Shown here: piece after piece, positions 15,038 to 24,111 of the stretch
Layout of the letters: each line of letters begins with the position of its first letter
Numbering within the stretch: the first letter of the stretch is position 1
DNA from: Galbibacter sp. EGI 63066
Lineage (GTDB): Bacteria; Bacteroidota; Bacteroidia; Flavobacteriales; Flavobacteriaceae
Assembly: GCF_026241135.1 (NCBI RefSeq)
Contig: NZ_JAPFGA010000003.1
Span: forward strand, 252,956 to 284,955
Length of the DNA: 32,000 bases
Direction of reading: 5' to 3'
Position numbers and translations under genes: made by a program
The notes under the pieces: generated by a model
Databases searched by the model: none
What the model was told of the DNA's origin: nothing
Seen by the model: only the letters and a program-made list of their open reading frames with translations

Positions 15038-17410
15038 ATGAAGCAACTTTTACTTCTCAGCAGTCTTTTTTCACTGCTCACACTACATTGTTTTGCTCAA
15101 AAAGGCAACCTTTCCACCCTATCTATTGAACAAATCATGCAAGGTGATGATTTTGTAGGCCACCTTCCCTCTGATGTTTATTGGTCTGAAGACGGAAACA
15201 CTATTTATTTTCAGTGGAATCCTGAAAAAGCTTATAGCGATTCGTTGTATGCCTACAACCTGAAAACGGAAAAGATCGATAAGGCTGATTTTGAAACCGA
15301 ATACAATCTGCCATCCCCCTATGCGAAATACAATGCTGACCACACCAAAAAAGTATACAGCAAACACGGCAATATTTTTTTGTTCGACATAAAAACAAAC
15401 AAACCCCTTCAAATTACCGATACCAAAGAACGTGAGAGCAGTCCGTATTTCATCAAAAACGAAACACAGATCGCTTATAGAAAAGACGACAATATTTATA
15501 CTTGGGACATCAGTTCGGGTGTAACCGTACAAATAACCGATTTTACCAATAAAAAAGACAGACCAAAGCAAAGAGACAGCCGGGAGGAATGGCTCTACAA
15601 CGATCAGCTAGCACTCTTTGATGTGCTTCGCGAGCGCAAGACCAAAAATGATATGCATGACAAACTCATGGAACGTTATGATGAAAAAGCCCCGCTTCCC
15701 ATTCAAAAAGATGGAAAATCTGTTTTTAATCAAAAAATAAGTCCCGACGGTAAATTCGTCACCTTCCTGACTACAGAACGTTCGAAAAATAAAAGGACGA
15801 TCGTTCCACATTACGTTACCGAATCGGGTTATACCGAGAGTCAGAACACACGCTCTAAAGTGGGTAATAAGCCCACCAAATATGAAATGTCTATCTACAA
15901 CGTGAAAAAAAAAGAGGTCTATCCAGTGGTATTGGACAATCTTGAAGGACTGGATTATGTTCCGGAATACACCAAAGATTATCCAAACAAGACCTATGAA
16001 AACGACGATCGGATTGGTTATATCAGTGGTCCGTACTGGAATGATAAAGGTACCAAAGCTGTTCTCGATATCAACTCCAACGACTATAAAGACCGTTGGA
16101 TCGTTCTTTTGGATGCCGAAAACGGAACCGTCACCAATCTGGATCATCAACACGATAAAGCCTGGATTGCCGGTCCCGGAATTGGAGGTTGGCGAGGTGG
16201 AAGCTTGGGATGGATGCCCGATGATAAAAACATCTGGTTTATGTCTGAAAAAACAGGTTATTCCCATCTTTACAGTATGAATGTCTCCTCCAAAAAAGCA
16301 AAGGCACTTACTTCAGGCGAGTTTGAAATCTACGATCCGAAAATATCAAAAGACAAAAAACGCTGGTATTTTGCGTCCAACAAAACCCATCCTGGCGACC
16401 GTCAGTTTTACAGCATGCCACTGAAGGGAGGGGAATTTCAACAACTTACCGAAATGACCGGAAAGAATGATGTAAGCCTTTCTCCGGATGAAAAACAAAT
16501 GGCCATTCTGCATTCATACAGTAACAAACCAACGGAGTTGTATCTGCAATCCAATCCGTTGACATCCAAAACAAAACCGGCGCAACAAATTACGCATTCT
16601 ACTACAGAAGATTTTCAATCATACAACTGGAAAGATCCCGAAATCATTACCTTCAAAGCAGATGACGACGCAAAGGTGTATGCAAGGCTCTATCAACCAA
16701 AATCTGATGTAAAGAACAACGCGGCTGTTATTTTTGTACACGGGGCGGGATATCTGCAGAACGCCCACAAATGGTGGAGTTCCTATTTTAGGGAATACAT
16801 GTTCCACAACCTATTGGTGGACAACGGATATACCGTTCTGGATATTGATTACCGGGGAAGTGCCGGTTACGGACGTGACTGGCGTACCGGAATTTACCGC
16901 CATATGGGTGGAAAAGATCTTTCTGATCAAGTAGACGGAGTCGAATACCTCATTAGCAATTATGGAATAGACAAAGAGAAGGTCGGGATTTACGGAGGAT
17001 CCTATGGAGGTTTTATCACCCTGATGGGGATGTTCAGTGCCGCTGATACTTTCAGTGCCGGAGCAGCCATTCGCTCGGTTGGCGACTGGACCGCATACAA
17101 TCATGGCTACACCGCCCGTATTTTAAACACCCCCGCAACAGATAGTCTGGCTTACCGCAGAAGTTCGCCTATTTATTTTGCTGATGGCTTAAAAGGTGAC
17201 CTGTTGATTTTGCACGGTATGATCGATGATAACGTACACTTTCAGGATATGGTGCGTTTGTCACAACGCCTCATCGAACTCGGAAAAGAAAATTGGGAAA
17301 TGACCGTCTATCCGGTAGAAAGACATAGTTTTGTTGAACCCAGCAGTTGGACAGACGAATACACCCGTATTTTTAAGCTGTTTCAAAAAAGCCTGCTGAA
17401 TAAAGAATGA
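15038..17410 (+). CDS. S9-family serine peptidase (beta-propeller + alpha/beta hydrolase; DPP/prolyl oligopeptidase type)
   Basis: Start is set at MKQLLLLSSLFSLLTLHCFAQ (signal peptide); the TTG at 15008 in the ORF track overlaps the -7 box. The catalytic triad context is GGSYGGF (Ser), HGMIDDNV (Asp) and ERHSF (His). Confidence 0.88.
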   Translation: MKQLLLLSSLFSLLTLHCFAQKGNLSTLSIEQIMQGDDFVGHLPSDVYWSEDGNTIYFQWNPEKAYSDSLYAYNLKTEKIDKADFETEYNLPSPYAKYNADHTKKVYSKHGNIFLFDIKTNKPLQITDTKERESSPYFIKNETQIAYRKDDNIYTWDISSGVTVQITDFTNKKDRPKQRDSREEWLYNDQLALFDVLRERKTKNDMHDKLMERYDEKAPLPIQKDGKSVFNQKISPDGKFVTFLTTERSKNKRTIVPHYVTESGYTESQNTRSKVGNKPTKYEMSIYNVKKKEVYPVVLDNLEGLDYVPEYTKDYPNKTYENDDRIGYISGPYWNDKGTKAVLDINSNDYKDRWIVLLDAENGTVTNLDHQHDKAWIAGPGIGGWRGGSLGWMPDDKNIWFMSEKTGYSHLYSMNVSSKKAKALTSGEFEIYDPKISKDKKRWYFASNKTHPGDRQFYSMPLKGGEFQQLTEMTGKNDVSLSPDEKQMAILHSYSNKPTELYLQSNPLTSKTKPAQQITHSTTEDFQSYNWKDPEIITFKADDDAKVYARLYQPKSDVKNNAAVIFVHGAGYLQNAHKWWSSYFREYMFHNLLVDNGYTVLDIDYRGSAGYGRDWRTGIYRHMGGKDLSDQVDGVEYLISNYGIDKEKVGIYGGSYGGFITLMGMFSAADTFSAGAAIRSVGDWTAYNHGYTARILNTPATDSLAYRRSSPIYFADGLKGDLLILHGMIDDNVHFQDMVRLSQRLIELGKENWEMTVYPVERHSFVEPSSWTDEYTRIFKLFQKSLLNKE

Positions 17411-17486
17411 GGTTATTCAGAACAGTTAAGGTTGATAAGTTATTGATATTTAACTTTTGAAATATCCCATAAAACCATTTCTTTTT

Positions 17487-17494
17487 TATATTTG
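17487..17494 (+). promoter_or_regulatory. candidate -7 box (TATATTTG)
   Basis: Exact TAnnTTTG match. It ends 6 nt before the ATG at 17500 and 27 nt before the ATG at 17521, which favours 17521 as the start. Confidence 0.4.
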
Positions 17495-17520
17495 AAGCTA
17501 TGCACCTTAAACTTCCCTTT

Positions 17521-20025
17521 ATGCAAAGAGTTTTGTTCTTTTTTTTGATTGGATGTATATGTCTGTTTTCCGGTTATTCCCAAAAACCGAAAACCTATAC
17601 ATCTTCTGATATTTATCAAGCTGTTCAAAAACTGAACTTTCTCGGGACGGCCTTATATATTGCCGCACATCCCGACGATGAAAATACCAGATTGATCTCC
17701 TATTTATCAAATGATATAAAAGCGAGAACTGCCTATCTCTCCTTGACCAGAGGGGATGGCGGACAAAACCTTATCGGTCCAGAACTTCGGGAGCTGCTTG
17801 GTGTTTTAAGAACACAAGAATTGCTTGCAGCAAGAAGTGTAGATGGTGGGGAACAGTTTTTTTCACGGGCAAACGATTTCGGGTATTCAAAACATCCCGA
17901 TGAGACCCTTGAAATATGGAACAAAGACGAAGTTTTGTCCGATGTAGTTCGGGTCATTCGAAATTTCAGACCCGATGTGATCATCAACCGGTTTGACCAC
18001 CGATCTCCGGGGAGTACACACGGACATCACACTTCTTCAGCTATATTGAGTTTTGAAGCTTTCGACCTTGCCGGAAAAGAAACCGCTTATCCTGATCAGC
18101 TTAAACAAACGGACGTTTGGCAACCGAAACGCTTGTTTTTCAACACATCCTGGTGGTTTTATGGAAGTCGTGAAAACTTTGAGAAAGCCGACAAATCAAA
18201 ACTACTTCAATTTGATATCGGCACCTACTACCCTATTTTTGGGAAAAGCAACAATGAAATCGCCTCCATAGCCAGGAGTCAGCATTTAAGTCAAGGCTTT
18301 GGTAGGACTTCTTCCCGCGGAACCGAACAGGAATATATCGAACTGCTGAAAGGTGACCTTCCGAAGAGCAACAACATCTTTGAAGGCATCAACACTACGT
18401 GGACACGGATAAAGGGCGGGAAAGCCATTCAAAATATCCTTGAAAAAGTAGAAACGGAATTCAATTTCAAAAATCCTTCTGCTCACATTCCGCAGTTATT
18501 GGAGACCTATCAGCTTATAAATTCGTTAGACGATTCCTATTGGCGAGAAGTTAAACTTAAAGAGATCAAAGCAATTATAGAGGCCTGTAGCGGACTTTTT
18601 ATTGAAGCCAATACTCAAAATGCATCGGCTGTACCGGGAGAAAACATAACGATAGCCGTCAATGCCATAAACCGTTCTGATGTGGACATGGTATTGAAAT
18701 CAGTAAAAACAAACCCATCAAACAGTCTGCATCCACTGAATAAAAAACTAAGTAATAACCAGCCTTTTTCATCAGAAATAAACATTAACATCCCCGACAA
18801 CAGCAAATACACGACCCCCTATTGGCTTGCTGACAAGGGTAGTTTAGGGATGTATTCAGCATCGAAAGAACTACGAGGTAAACCACAAACACCACGATTG
18901 GTCAAAGCTACTTTTCTTTTGGAAGTTCTCGGAGTTGAAATTCCTTTTGAAAAGGACATTGCTTACAAATTTTCAAAACCGGACAAAGGAGAGGTCTATC
19001 AACCTTTTGAAATACTTCCTCCGGTTTCAGCGGCGATTGATAATGAGGTTATTATTTTTTCAGATGAACACGCCAAGGAAATTCCCGTGACCATTACCTC
19101 AGGAAAAGATAATATATCGGGATCGGTTACGCTTGCTCATCAAAACGGATGGAAAATAAGCCCGGAAAGTTTTGATTTTTCCATCGCAAATAAGGGAGAT
19201 ACAAAAACTGTAAGATTTACCGTTACCCCGCCCAATAACGAAAGTAAAATCAGCATCACTCCAACGGTTTCCTTAAACGGGAAAAAATACGACAAAAAAC
19301 TGGTGTATATCGATTATACACATATCCCGAAACAATCAGTTTTATTGCCTTCGGAAGCACATCTGGTGCGTTTGAACATTAAAAAATCCGGAGAAAACAT
19401 CGGGTATATTGTAGGAGCCGGTGATGTTGTTCCTGAAAGTTTACGCCAAATAGGCTATAATGTAACCACCATCCTGCCTGAAGCTATCAACAGCGGACTT
19501 CTAAAACGTTTTGATGCAGTTGTTGTAGGTATCAGGGCCTATAATGTAAGTGAAAGTATTGCATTCAAACAAGATATACTCTTCGATTACATCAAGCAAG
19601 GAGGTAATCTCATTGTTCAGTACAATACTGCCAGCAGGAACGTAAGGGAAATGAATGACTTGGCACCTTATTTGATGCAATTATCGAGAGATCGGGTCAC
19701 CGATGAAAACGCCGAAGTCAGCTTTAACGCCAAAGACCACCCTGTATTAAACACCCCAAACAAAATAACAAAAACAGATTTTGATGGTTGGGCACAAGAG
19801 CGTGGGCTTTACTTCCCTGATAAGTGGGGCAAAGAATTTACCGCTGTACTTTCTATGCGCGACAAAGGAGAAAGTAAAAAGGACGGTAGCCTTTTGGTCG
19901 CTCCATACGGAAAAGGTTATTATATTTATACCGGATTGAGTTTTTTCAGGGAATTACCCGCCGGGGTTCCGGGAGCATATAAATTATTTGCCAATATGCT
20001 CTCCATGGGGAAAAATGAAAACTAA
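17521..20025 (+). CDS. exported large PIG-L/LmbE-family deacetylase with extended C-terminal domains
   Basis: Signal peptide MQRVLFFFLIGCICLFSGYSQ, then the LmbE signature AAHPDDENTRLISYL.. and ..GSTHGHH... About 600 further residues end in a region (..FDAVVVGIRAYN..GGNLIVQYN..) that looks like a class-I glutamine-amidotransferase-like/ThuA-like fold; that last point is inference. Confidence 0.8.
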   Translation: MQRVLFFFLIGCICLFSGYSQKPKTYTSSDIYQAVQKLNFLGTALYIAAHPDDENTRLISYLSNDIKARTAYLSLTRGDGGQNLIGPELRELLGVLRTQELLAARSVDGGEQFFSRANDFGYSKHPDETLEIWNKDEVLSDVVRVIRNFRPDVIINRFDHRSPGSTHGHHTSSAILSFEAFDLAGKETAYPDQLKQTDVWQPKRLFFNTSWWFYGSRENFEKADKSKLLQFDIGTYYPIFGKSNNEIASIARSQHLSQGFGRTSSRGTEQEYIELLKGDLPKSNNIFEGINTTWTRIKGGKAIQNILEKVETEFNFKNPSAHIPQLLETYQLINSLDDSYWREVKLKEIKAIIEACSGLFIEANTQNASAVPGENITIAVNAINRSDVDMVLKSVKTNPSNSLHPLNKKLSNNQPFSSEININIPDNSKYTTPYWLADKGSLGMYSASKELRGKPQTPRLVKATFLLEVLGVEIPFEKDIAYKFSKPDKGEVYQPFEILPPVSAAIDNEVIIFSDEHAKEIPVTITSGKDNISGSVTLAHQNGWKISPESFDFSIANKGDTKTVRFTVTPPNNESKISITPTVSLNGKKYDKKLVYIDYTHIPKQSVLLPSEAHLVRLNIKKSGENIGYIVGAGDVVPESLRQIGYNVTTILPEAINSGLLKRFDAVVVGIRAYNVSESIAFKQDILFDYIKQGGNLIVQYNTASRNVREMNDLAPYLMQLSRDRVTDENAEVSFNAKDHPVLNTPNKITKTDFDGWAQERGLYFPDKWGKEFTAVLSMRDKGESKKDGSLLVAPYGKGYYIYTGLSFFRELPAGVPGAYKLFANMLSMGKNEN

Positions 20026-20052
20026 AAACAAATCATATTTAAAGGGTAAATT

Positions 20053-20154
20053 ATGCTGAACAAGTTTATTTGGAAAAGAGAATACACCATAGTGCTCATT
20101 ATGAATGTGCTCTACATTTTTATTTTTTTCCTGATTATGATCTCCAATAAATAA
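20053..20154 (+). CDS. 33-aa single-pass membrane peptide (smORF below the ORF-track cutoff)
   Basis: ATG..TAA reads MLNKFIWKREYTIVLIMNVLYIFIFFLIMISNK: a basic N-terminus, one ~19-aa hydrophobic helix and a basic C-terminus. It starts 27 nt after the deacetylase stop and ends 9 nt before the symporter ATG. Confidence 0.4.
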   Translation: MLNKFIWKREYTIVLIMNVLYIFIFFLIMISNK

Positions 20155-20163
20155 ACCCCGCTT

Positions 20164-21891
20164 ATGGAACTGATCGATTGGATTGTCTTAATAGGAACCC
20201 TATTATTTATTGTAGGCTACGGTTATTGGCGTACCAAAGGAAGTAAAAACGTAAGCGATTATGTCCTTGGAGGCAAAGAAGCCCAATGGTGGACCGTGGG
20301 ACTCTCTGTGATGGCTACACAAGCTAGTGCCATTACCTTCCTGTCTACTCCGGGACAAGCATTTCATGACGGTATGGGATTTGTGCAGTTCTATTTCGGA
20401 TTGCCGCTCGCTATGGTGATCATTTGTATTGTTTTCATTCCGATTTATCACAGACTCAAAGTTTACACCGCCTATCAATTCCTCGAGAAAAGATTCGACC
20501 GAAAAACCCGATCGCTAGCTGCGATACTCTTTTTAATACAACGTGGTTTAGCTGCCGGAATTACCATCTACGCTCCGTCTATCATTCTATCTGCCGTTTT
20601 GGGATGGGATCTTAAAACCCTTAACATCATCATCGGTATTCTGGTGATCATCTATACAGTTTCAGGAGGAACAAAAGCCGTAAACGTCACACAAAAACAA
20701 CAAATGTTTGTGATCATGACCGGAATGTTTGCCGCCTTTTTTTTGGTGCTAAGCTACCTTCCAGATGATATTTCCTTCGGAAAGGCAATGAAAATAGCCG
20801 GGGCAAACGACAAATTGAATATTCTCGACTTTTCGTTGGACACCAAAAGTCGTTACACATTTTGGAGTGGGATTACAGGGGGACTCTTTTTAGCACTTGC
20901 CTATTTCGGTACAGATCAAAGTCAGGTGCAGCGTTACCTTTCGGGAAAATCGGTGCGGGAAAGTCAGTTGGGGCTTGTTTTCAACGGACTCTTTAAAGTG
21001 CCCATGCAGTTTTTTATCCTTCTTGTAGGGGTGATGGTCTTTGTGTTTTATCAATACAACCATTCTCCACTCAATTTCAATCCTTCCGCAGTAGAAGCCG
21101 TAGAACAGTCGGAATATGCTGAAGAGTATCACCAATTGGAAATACAACATCTAGCATTGGAAAAACAGAAGAAAATGGCTCAGGAACATTTCTCTGCCGT
21201 ACTCGACGTGAAGGACTACAATCTTATCATGGCTGCCAAAAGGAATATTAAGGATATCAATATAAAAGAACGGGAAAGGAGAAAAGAGGTCAGCGCTCTC
21301 ATAGAAAAAGTAGATGAAGACCTGGAAACCAACGACAAAGACTATGTTTTTATTCATTTTATACTGAACAACATTCCTACCGGACTTATGGGCTTGCTGC
21401 TGGCCGTTATATTTTCGGCAGCCATGTCGTCCACCGCTTCTGAATTGAATGCCTTGGGCACCATTACCACTATCGATCTCTTCCGAAGAGCTAAAAAAGA
21501 AGAACGGAATGATAAATACTACCTTAATGCCACGCGTTGGTTCACTTTGGGCTGGGGAATCATAGCCATTCTTTTTGCTAATTTTGCTTCCTTGCTTGAC
21601 AACCTCATTCAACTGGTGAATATCATAGGTTCTATATTTTACGGTAATGTTTTGGGGATCTTCCTCATTGCATTCTTTATAAAATTCATTCGTGGAAATG
21701 CCGTTTTCCTCAGTGCCATTATCACACAATTTATTGTTATCCTAATCTATTATTTCGCTATTTACAGATATGGGGACGGAAACGAAAAACTAGGGTATCT
21801 GTGGCTCAATTTTATAGGTTGTGCTATGGTGATCCTTATTGCAATCATTTTTGAAACTATCAACCGGACAACCAATGCCATCAAACGATAA
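20164..21891 (+). CDS. sodium:solute symporter (SSS family) with a ~100-aa charged cytoplasmic insert
   Basis: 575-aa polytopic ORF with SSS-like helices throughout. The Glu/Lys-rich insert (..EYAEEYHQLEIQHLALEKQKKMAQEHF..KERERRKEVSALIEKVDEDLE..) sits between hydrophobic blocks. Confidence 0.85.
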   Translation: MELIDWIVLIGTLLFIVGYGYWRTKGSKNVSDYVLGGKEAQWWTVGLSVMATQASAITFLSTPGQAFHDGMGFVQFYFGLPLAMVIICIVFIPIYHRLKVYTAYQFLEKRFDRKTRSLAAILFLIQRGLAAGITIYAPSIILSAVLGWDLKTLNIIIGILVIIYTVSGGTKAVNVTQKQQMFVIMTGMFAAFFLVLSYLPDDISFGKAMKIAGANDKLNILDFSLDTKSRYTFWSGITGGLFLALAYFGTDQSQVQRYLSGKSVRESQLGLVFNGLFKVPMQFFILLVGVMVFVFYQYNHSPLNFNPSAVEAVEQSEYAEEYHQLEIQHLALEKQKKMAQEHFSAVLDVKDYNLIMAAKRNIKDINIKERERRKEVSALIEKVDEDLETNDKDYVFIHFILNNIPTGLMGLLLAVIFSAAMSSTASELNALGTITTIDLFRRAKKEERNDKYYLNATRWFTLGWGIIAILFANFASLLDNLIQLVNIIGSIFYGNVLGIFLIAFFIKFIRGNAVFLSAIITQFIVILIYYFAIYRYGDGNEKLGYLWLNFIGCAMVILIAIIFETINRTTNAIKR

Positions 21892-22861
21892 AAAAATAAA
21901 ATGGGGTATTTTGGCCCCGGGGCGAATCGCCCAATCTTTTGCCCAAGATCTGCTAAGTATAAATGATGCTGAACTCCATGCTGTGGCTTCAAGGGATTTG
22001 AAAAAGGCTGAAGCTTTCAACCAAACATACCAAGGTCAGGTTGCCTATGGTGATTATCAATCGCTAATGAAAGATCCTTTGGTAGATGCCATCTATATTG
22101 CAACACCACATGCTTTCCACAAAACATACACCCTTGATTGTTTAGAACACGGAAAAGCGGTTTTGTGTGAAAAACCCTTAGGACTCAATAGTGCGGAAGT
22201 TGAAGAGATGCTTCAAAAAGCCAAAGAAAAGAATGTGCTGCTCATGGAAGCACTGTGGACTTATTTCTTACCACATTATCAACATCTGCTTGACTTTTTA
22301 AAAAAAGGTAGCTACGGAAAAGTATTAAGTGTGGAAGCCGACTTCGGATTTTATCGGGATTTTGACCCTAACGGACGCCTATTTGATAAAAAACTAGGCG
22401 GTGGAAGCCTACTCGATATTGGTATCTATCCTATTTTTGCTGCTTTGTCCATTTTAGGAATGCCCGATGAGATTAAGGCCAAGGCCACTTTTTTTAAAAG
22501 CGGTGCTGACTCTTCTTGTGATATGGAATTCAACTATAAAAATGGAGCGATAGCCAAGCTTAAATCCACACTGCTGAAGGAAACACCCACAACAGCCGTG
22601 ATCACATGTGAAAAAGGAAGCATCAAACTGAATACACAATTCCACAGACCGACTTCTATCTGCTTTACCGATGCCAGTGGTAAGGAAGATACCATCGATT
22701 TTGGCGTAACTACCAAAGGTTACAATTATGAAACTATGCATTTTAACGAACTCATACGTGATGGCAAAACTGAAAGTCCGATTATGCCCCACGAGTTCAG
22801 TAGGAAATTGATGCAGCTCATGGACGAAGTGAAGGAAATTATTGGATTGAGGTATTATTAG
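21875..22861 (+). CDS. Gfo/Idh/MocA-family NAD(P)-dependent oxidoreductase
   Basis: Start is set at MPSNDKKIKWGILAPGRIAQ.. (Rossmann loop), overlapping the symporter stop by 17 nt. It carries the family-typical ..VLCEKPL.. block. Confidence 0.82.
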   Translation: MPSNDKKIKWGILAPGRIAQSFAQDLLSINDAELHAVASRDLKKAEAFNQTYQGQVAYGDYQSLMKDPLVDAIYIATPHAFHKTYTLDCLEHGKAVLCEKPLGLNSAEVEEMLQKAKEKNVLLMEALWTYFLPHYQHLLDFLKKGSYGKVLSVEADFGFYRDFDPNGRLFDKKLGGGSLLDIGIYPIFAALSILGMPDEIKAKATFFKSGADSSCDMEFNYKNGAIAKLKSTLLKETPTTAVITCEKGSIKLNTQFHRPTSICFTDASGKEDTIDFGVTTKGYNYETMHFNELIRDGKTESPIMPHEFSRKLMQLMDEVKEIIGLRYY

Positions 22862-22896
22862 ACGGAAGACCGAAGTCGGGAGTCGGAAGTAAAATC

Positions 22897-23031
22897 AGCC
22901 CCCATTAGGGGCGTAATATTAATAGCAAAACAAATAAACACAGACCGAACCAGCCCCGTAGGGGGTGCAATATTAATAGCAACCACATACAACACCAACC
23001 AAACCAAGCTCCGTAGGAGCGTAATATTAAA
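22897..23031 (+). repeat. REP-like array, 3 copies, exact 55-nt period
   Basis: Copies start at 22897, 22952 and 23007. The consensus is a hairpin (agcccc-cattag-gggc / agcccc-gta-gggg / agctcc-gta-ggagc) followed by gtaatattaatagcaa. The third copy's tail runs into the transposase ATG (gtaatattaaaATGgc). Confidence 0.8.
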
Positions 23032-23487
23032 ATGGCTAATACCTACACACAAATCTATTTTCATATTGTTTTTGCCGTAAAAGGAAGAGATAATTTAATT
23101 TCAGAAAGTTGGAAAGCTGAATTATACAAATACATTACAGGAATTATTTCCAATAAAAACCAAAAATTAATGATTATCAATGGAATGCCTGATCACATTC
23201 ATATTTTATTAGGAACAAAACCCAACTGTAATTTATCTGATTTGGTACGTGATATAAAAGCCTATTCATCAAGATGGGTAAACGAGAATAAATACGTGAA
23301 CGGAAAATTTGAATGGCAAACAGGTTTTGGTGCATTTTCAATTGGACAATCACAATTGCCGAGAATTATCAATTACATTAAAAATCAAGAAGAACATCAT
23401 AAGAAAAAATCGTTTCGGGAGGAATACATTGAATTTCTGAAGGATTATGAAATTGATTATAATGATGATTATATTTTTTCGGAATAA
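23032..23487 (+). CDS. IS200-like Y1 (HUH) transposase, REP-associated (RAYT-like)
   Basis: 151 aa. It has the N-terminal YFHIVFAVKGR block, the HUH motif in PDHIHILLG, and the C-terminal catalytic-Tyr context INYIKNQEEHH typical of the PF01797-type family. Confidence 0.85.
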   Translation: MANTYTQIYFHIVFAVKGRDNLISESWKAELYKYITGIISNKNQKLMIINGMPDHIHILLGTKPNCNLSDLVRDIKAYSSRWVNENKYVNGKFEWQTGFGAFSIGQSQLPRIINYIKNQEEHHKKKSFREEYIEFLKDYEIDYNDDYIFSE

Positions 23488-23511
23488 TTCTTCGATTAAT
23501 ATAATATTGCG

Positions 23512-23593
23512 TTATTAACATTACGCTCCTACGGAGCTTGTATCGGATTTTGGAATCATATCATTCTATTAATATTGCGCTCCTAACGGAGCT
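23512..23593 (-). repeat. REP-like copies in inverted orientation (2 copies, 55-nt period)
   Basis: 23512..23538 (ttattaacattacgctcctacggagct) and 23566..23593 (ctattaatattgcgctcctaacggagct) are reverse complements of the left-hand consensus. A truncated tail-only copy lies at 23497..23511. Confidence 0.78.
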
Positions 23594-23731
23594 TTTAAAC
23601 TGTTCCATTGAGTTCTCATGGTTAATAGACAGAAGTCCTCCTTCCGACTCCTCCAAAGGAGGAGAGTAGGCAATCGCCATAAGTATATTGAAGACCGATC
23701 AACCAAGTTCCGTTAGGGTCTGATGGTTAAT

Positions 23732-23759
23732 TTATTAATATTGCGCCCCTAGCGGGGCT
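23732..23759 (-). repeat. REP-like copy, inverted orientation
   Basis: ttattaatattgcgcccctagcggggct has a gcccc/ggggc stem version. It is preceded by a degenerate forward copy at ~23701..23731. Confidence 0.7.
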
Positions 23760-24111
23760 ACTACCAAATTCCAATCAAAAATAAAAAAGGGAGAACTTTA
23801 AAATCCTCCCCCTATATATTCTTTACTGATTTCTTATCTTCTTAATTTCCAAAGTAATTCACATACTTTCGCTATTGTCCCAGCGCGAATTCCCTGGCAC
23901 TTTGTGCTCCGTAAACCTTTTTCATTTGTTCGGGAGCGTGACTTGAAGAACCTCTGGCATATATTCCTCCGTAAGTAACGCCACAACTCATTAAACTAAA
24001 CAAACACAAAATCACTCCTAATATATACAGCTCTTTTTATGATTCTCAATTTTAAGTTAATACACTTACATGACAACAAGCACCATGTCAACACACATAA
24101 CTAGATGATAA

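Larger units (their letters stand above)
22862..23760 (+). mobile_element. RAYT-like Y1 transposase locus with flanking REP-like hairpin arrays
   Basis: An HUH/Y1 gene has three REP copies upstream and at least three inverted copies downstream. GA-rich inverted outer segments are also present (ggagtcggaag at 22880..22890 versus cttccgactcc at 23641..23651). Confidence 0.65.

Noticed and set aside
20890-21480. The charged ~100-aa segment of the symporter as a possible gene fusion or frameshift artefact.
   Set aside because: A single continuous frame has SSS-type hydrophobic helices on both sides. It is most simply a cytoplasmic loop insertion of this subfamily.
22897-23031. CRISPR-like mini-array: a palindromic ~31-nt repeat at an exact 55-nt period with ~24-nt 'spacers'.
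   Set aside because: There are only three copies. The spacers are similar A/C-rich low-complexity sequence rather than unique protospacer-like DNA. No cas genes are present. An inverted mirror array lies on the other side of a Y1 transposase gene. REP/BIME architecture explains it better.
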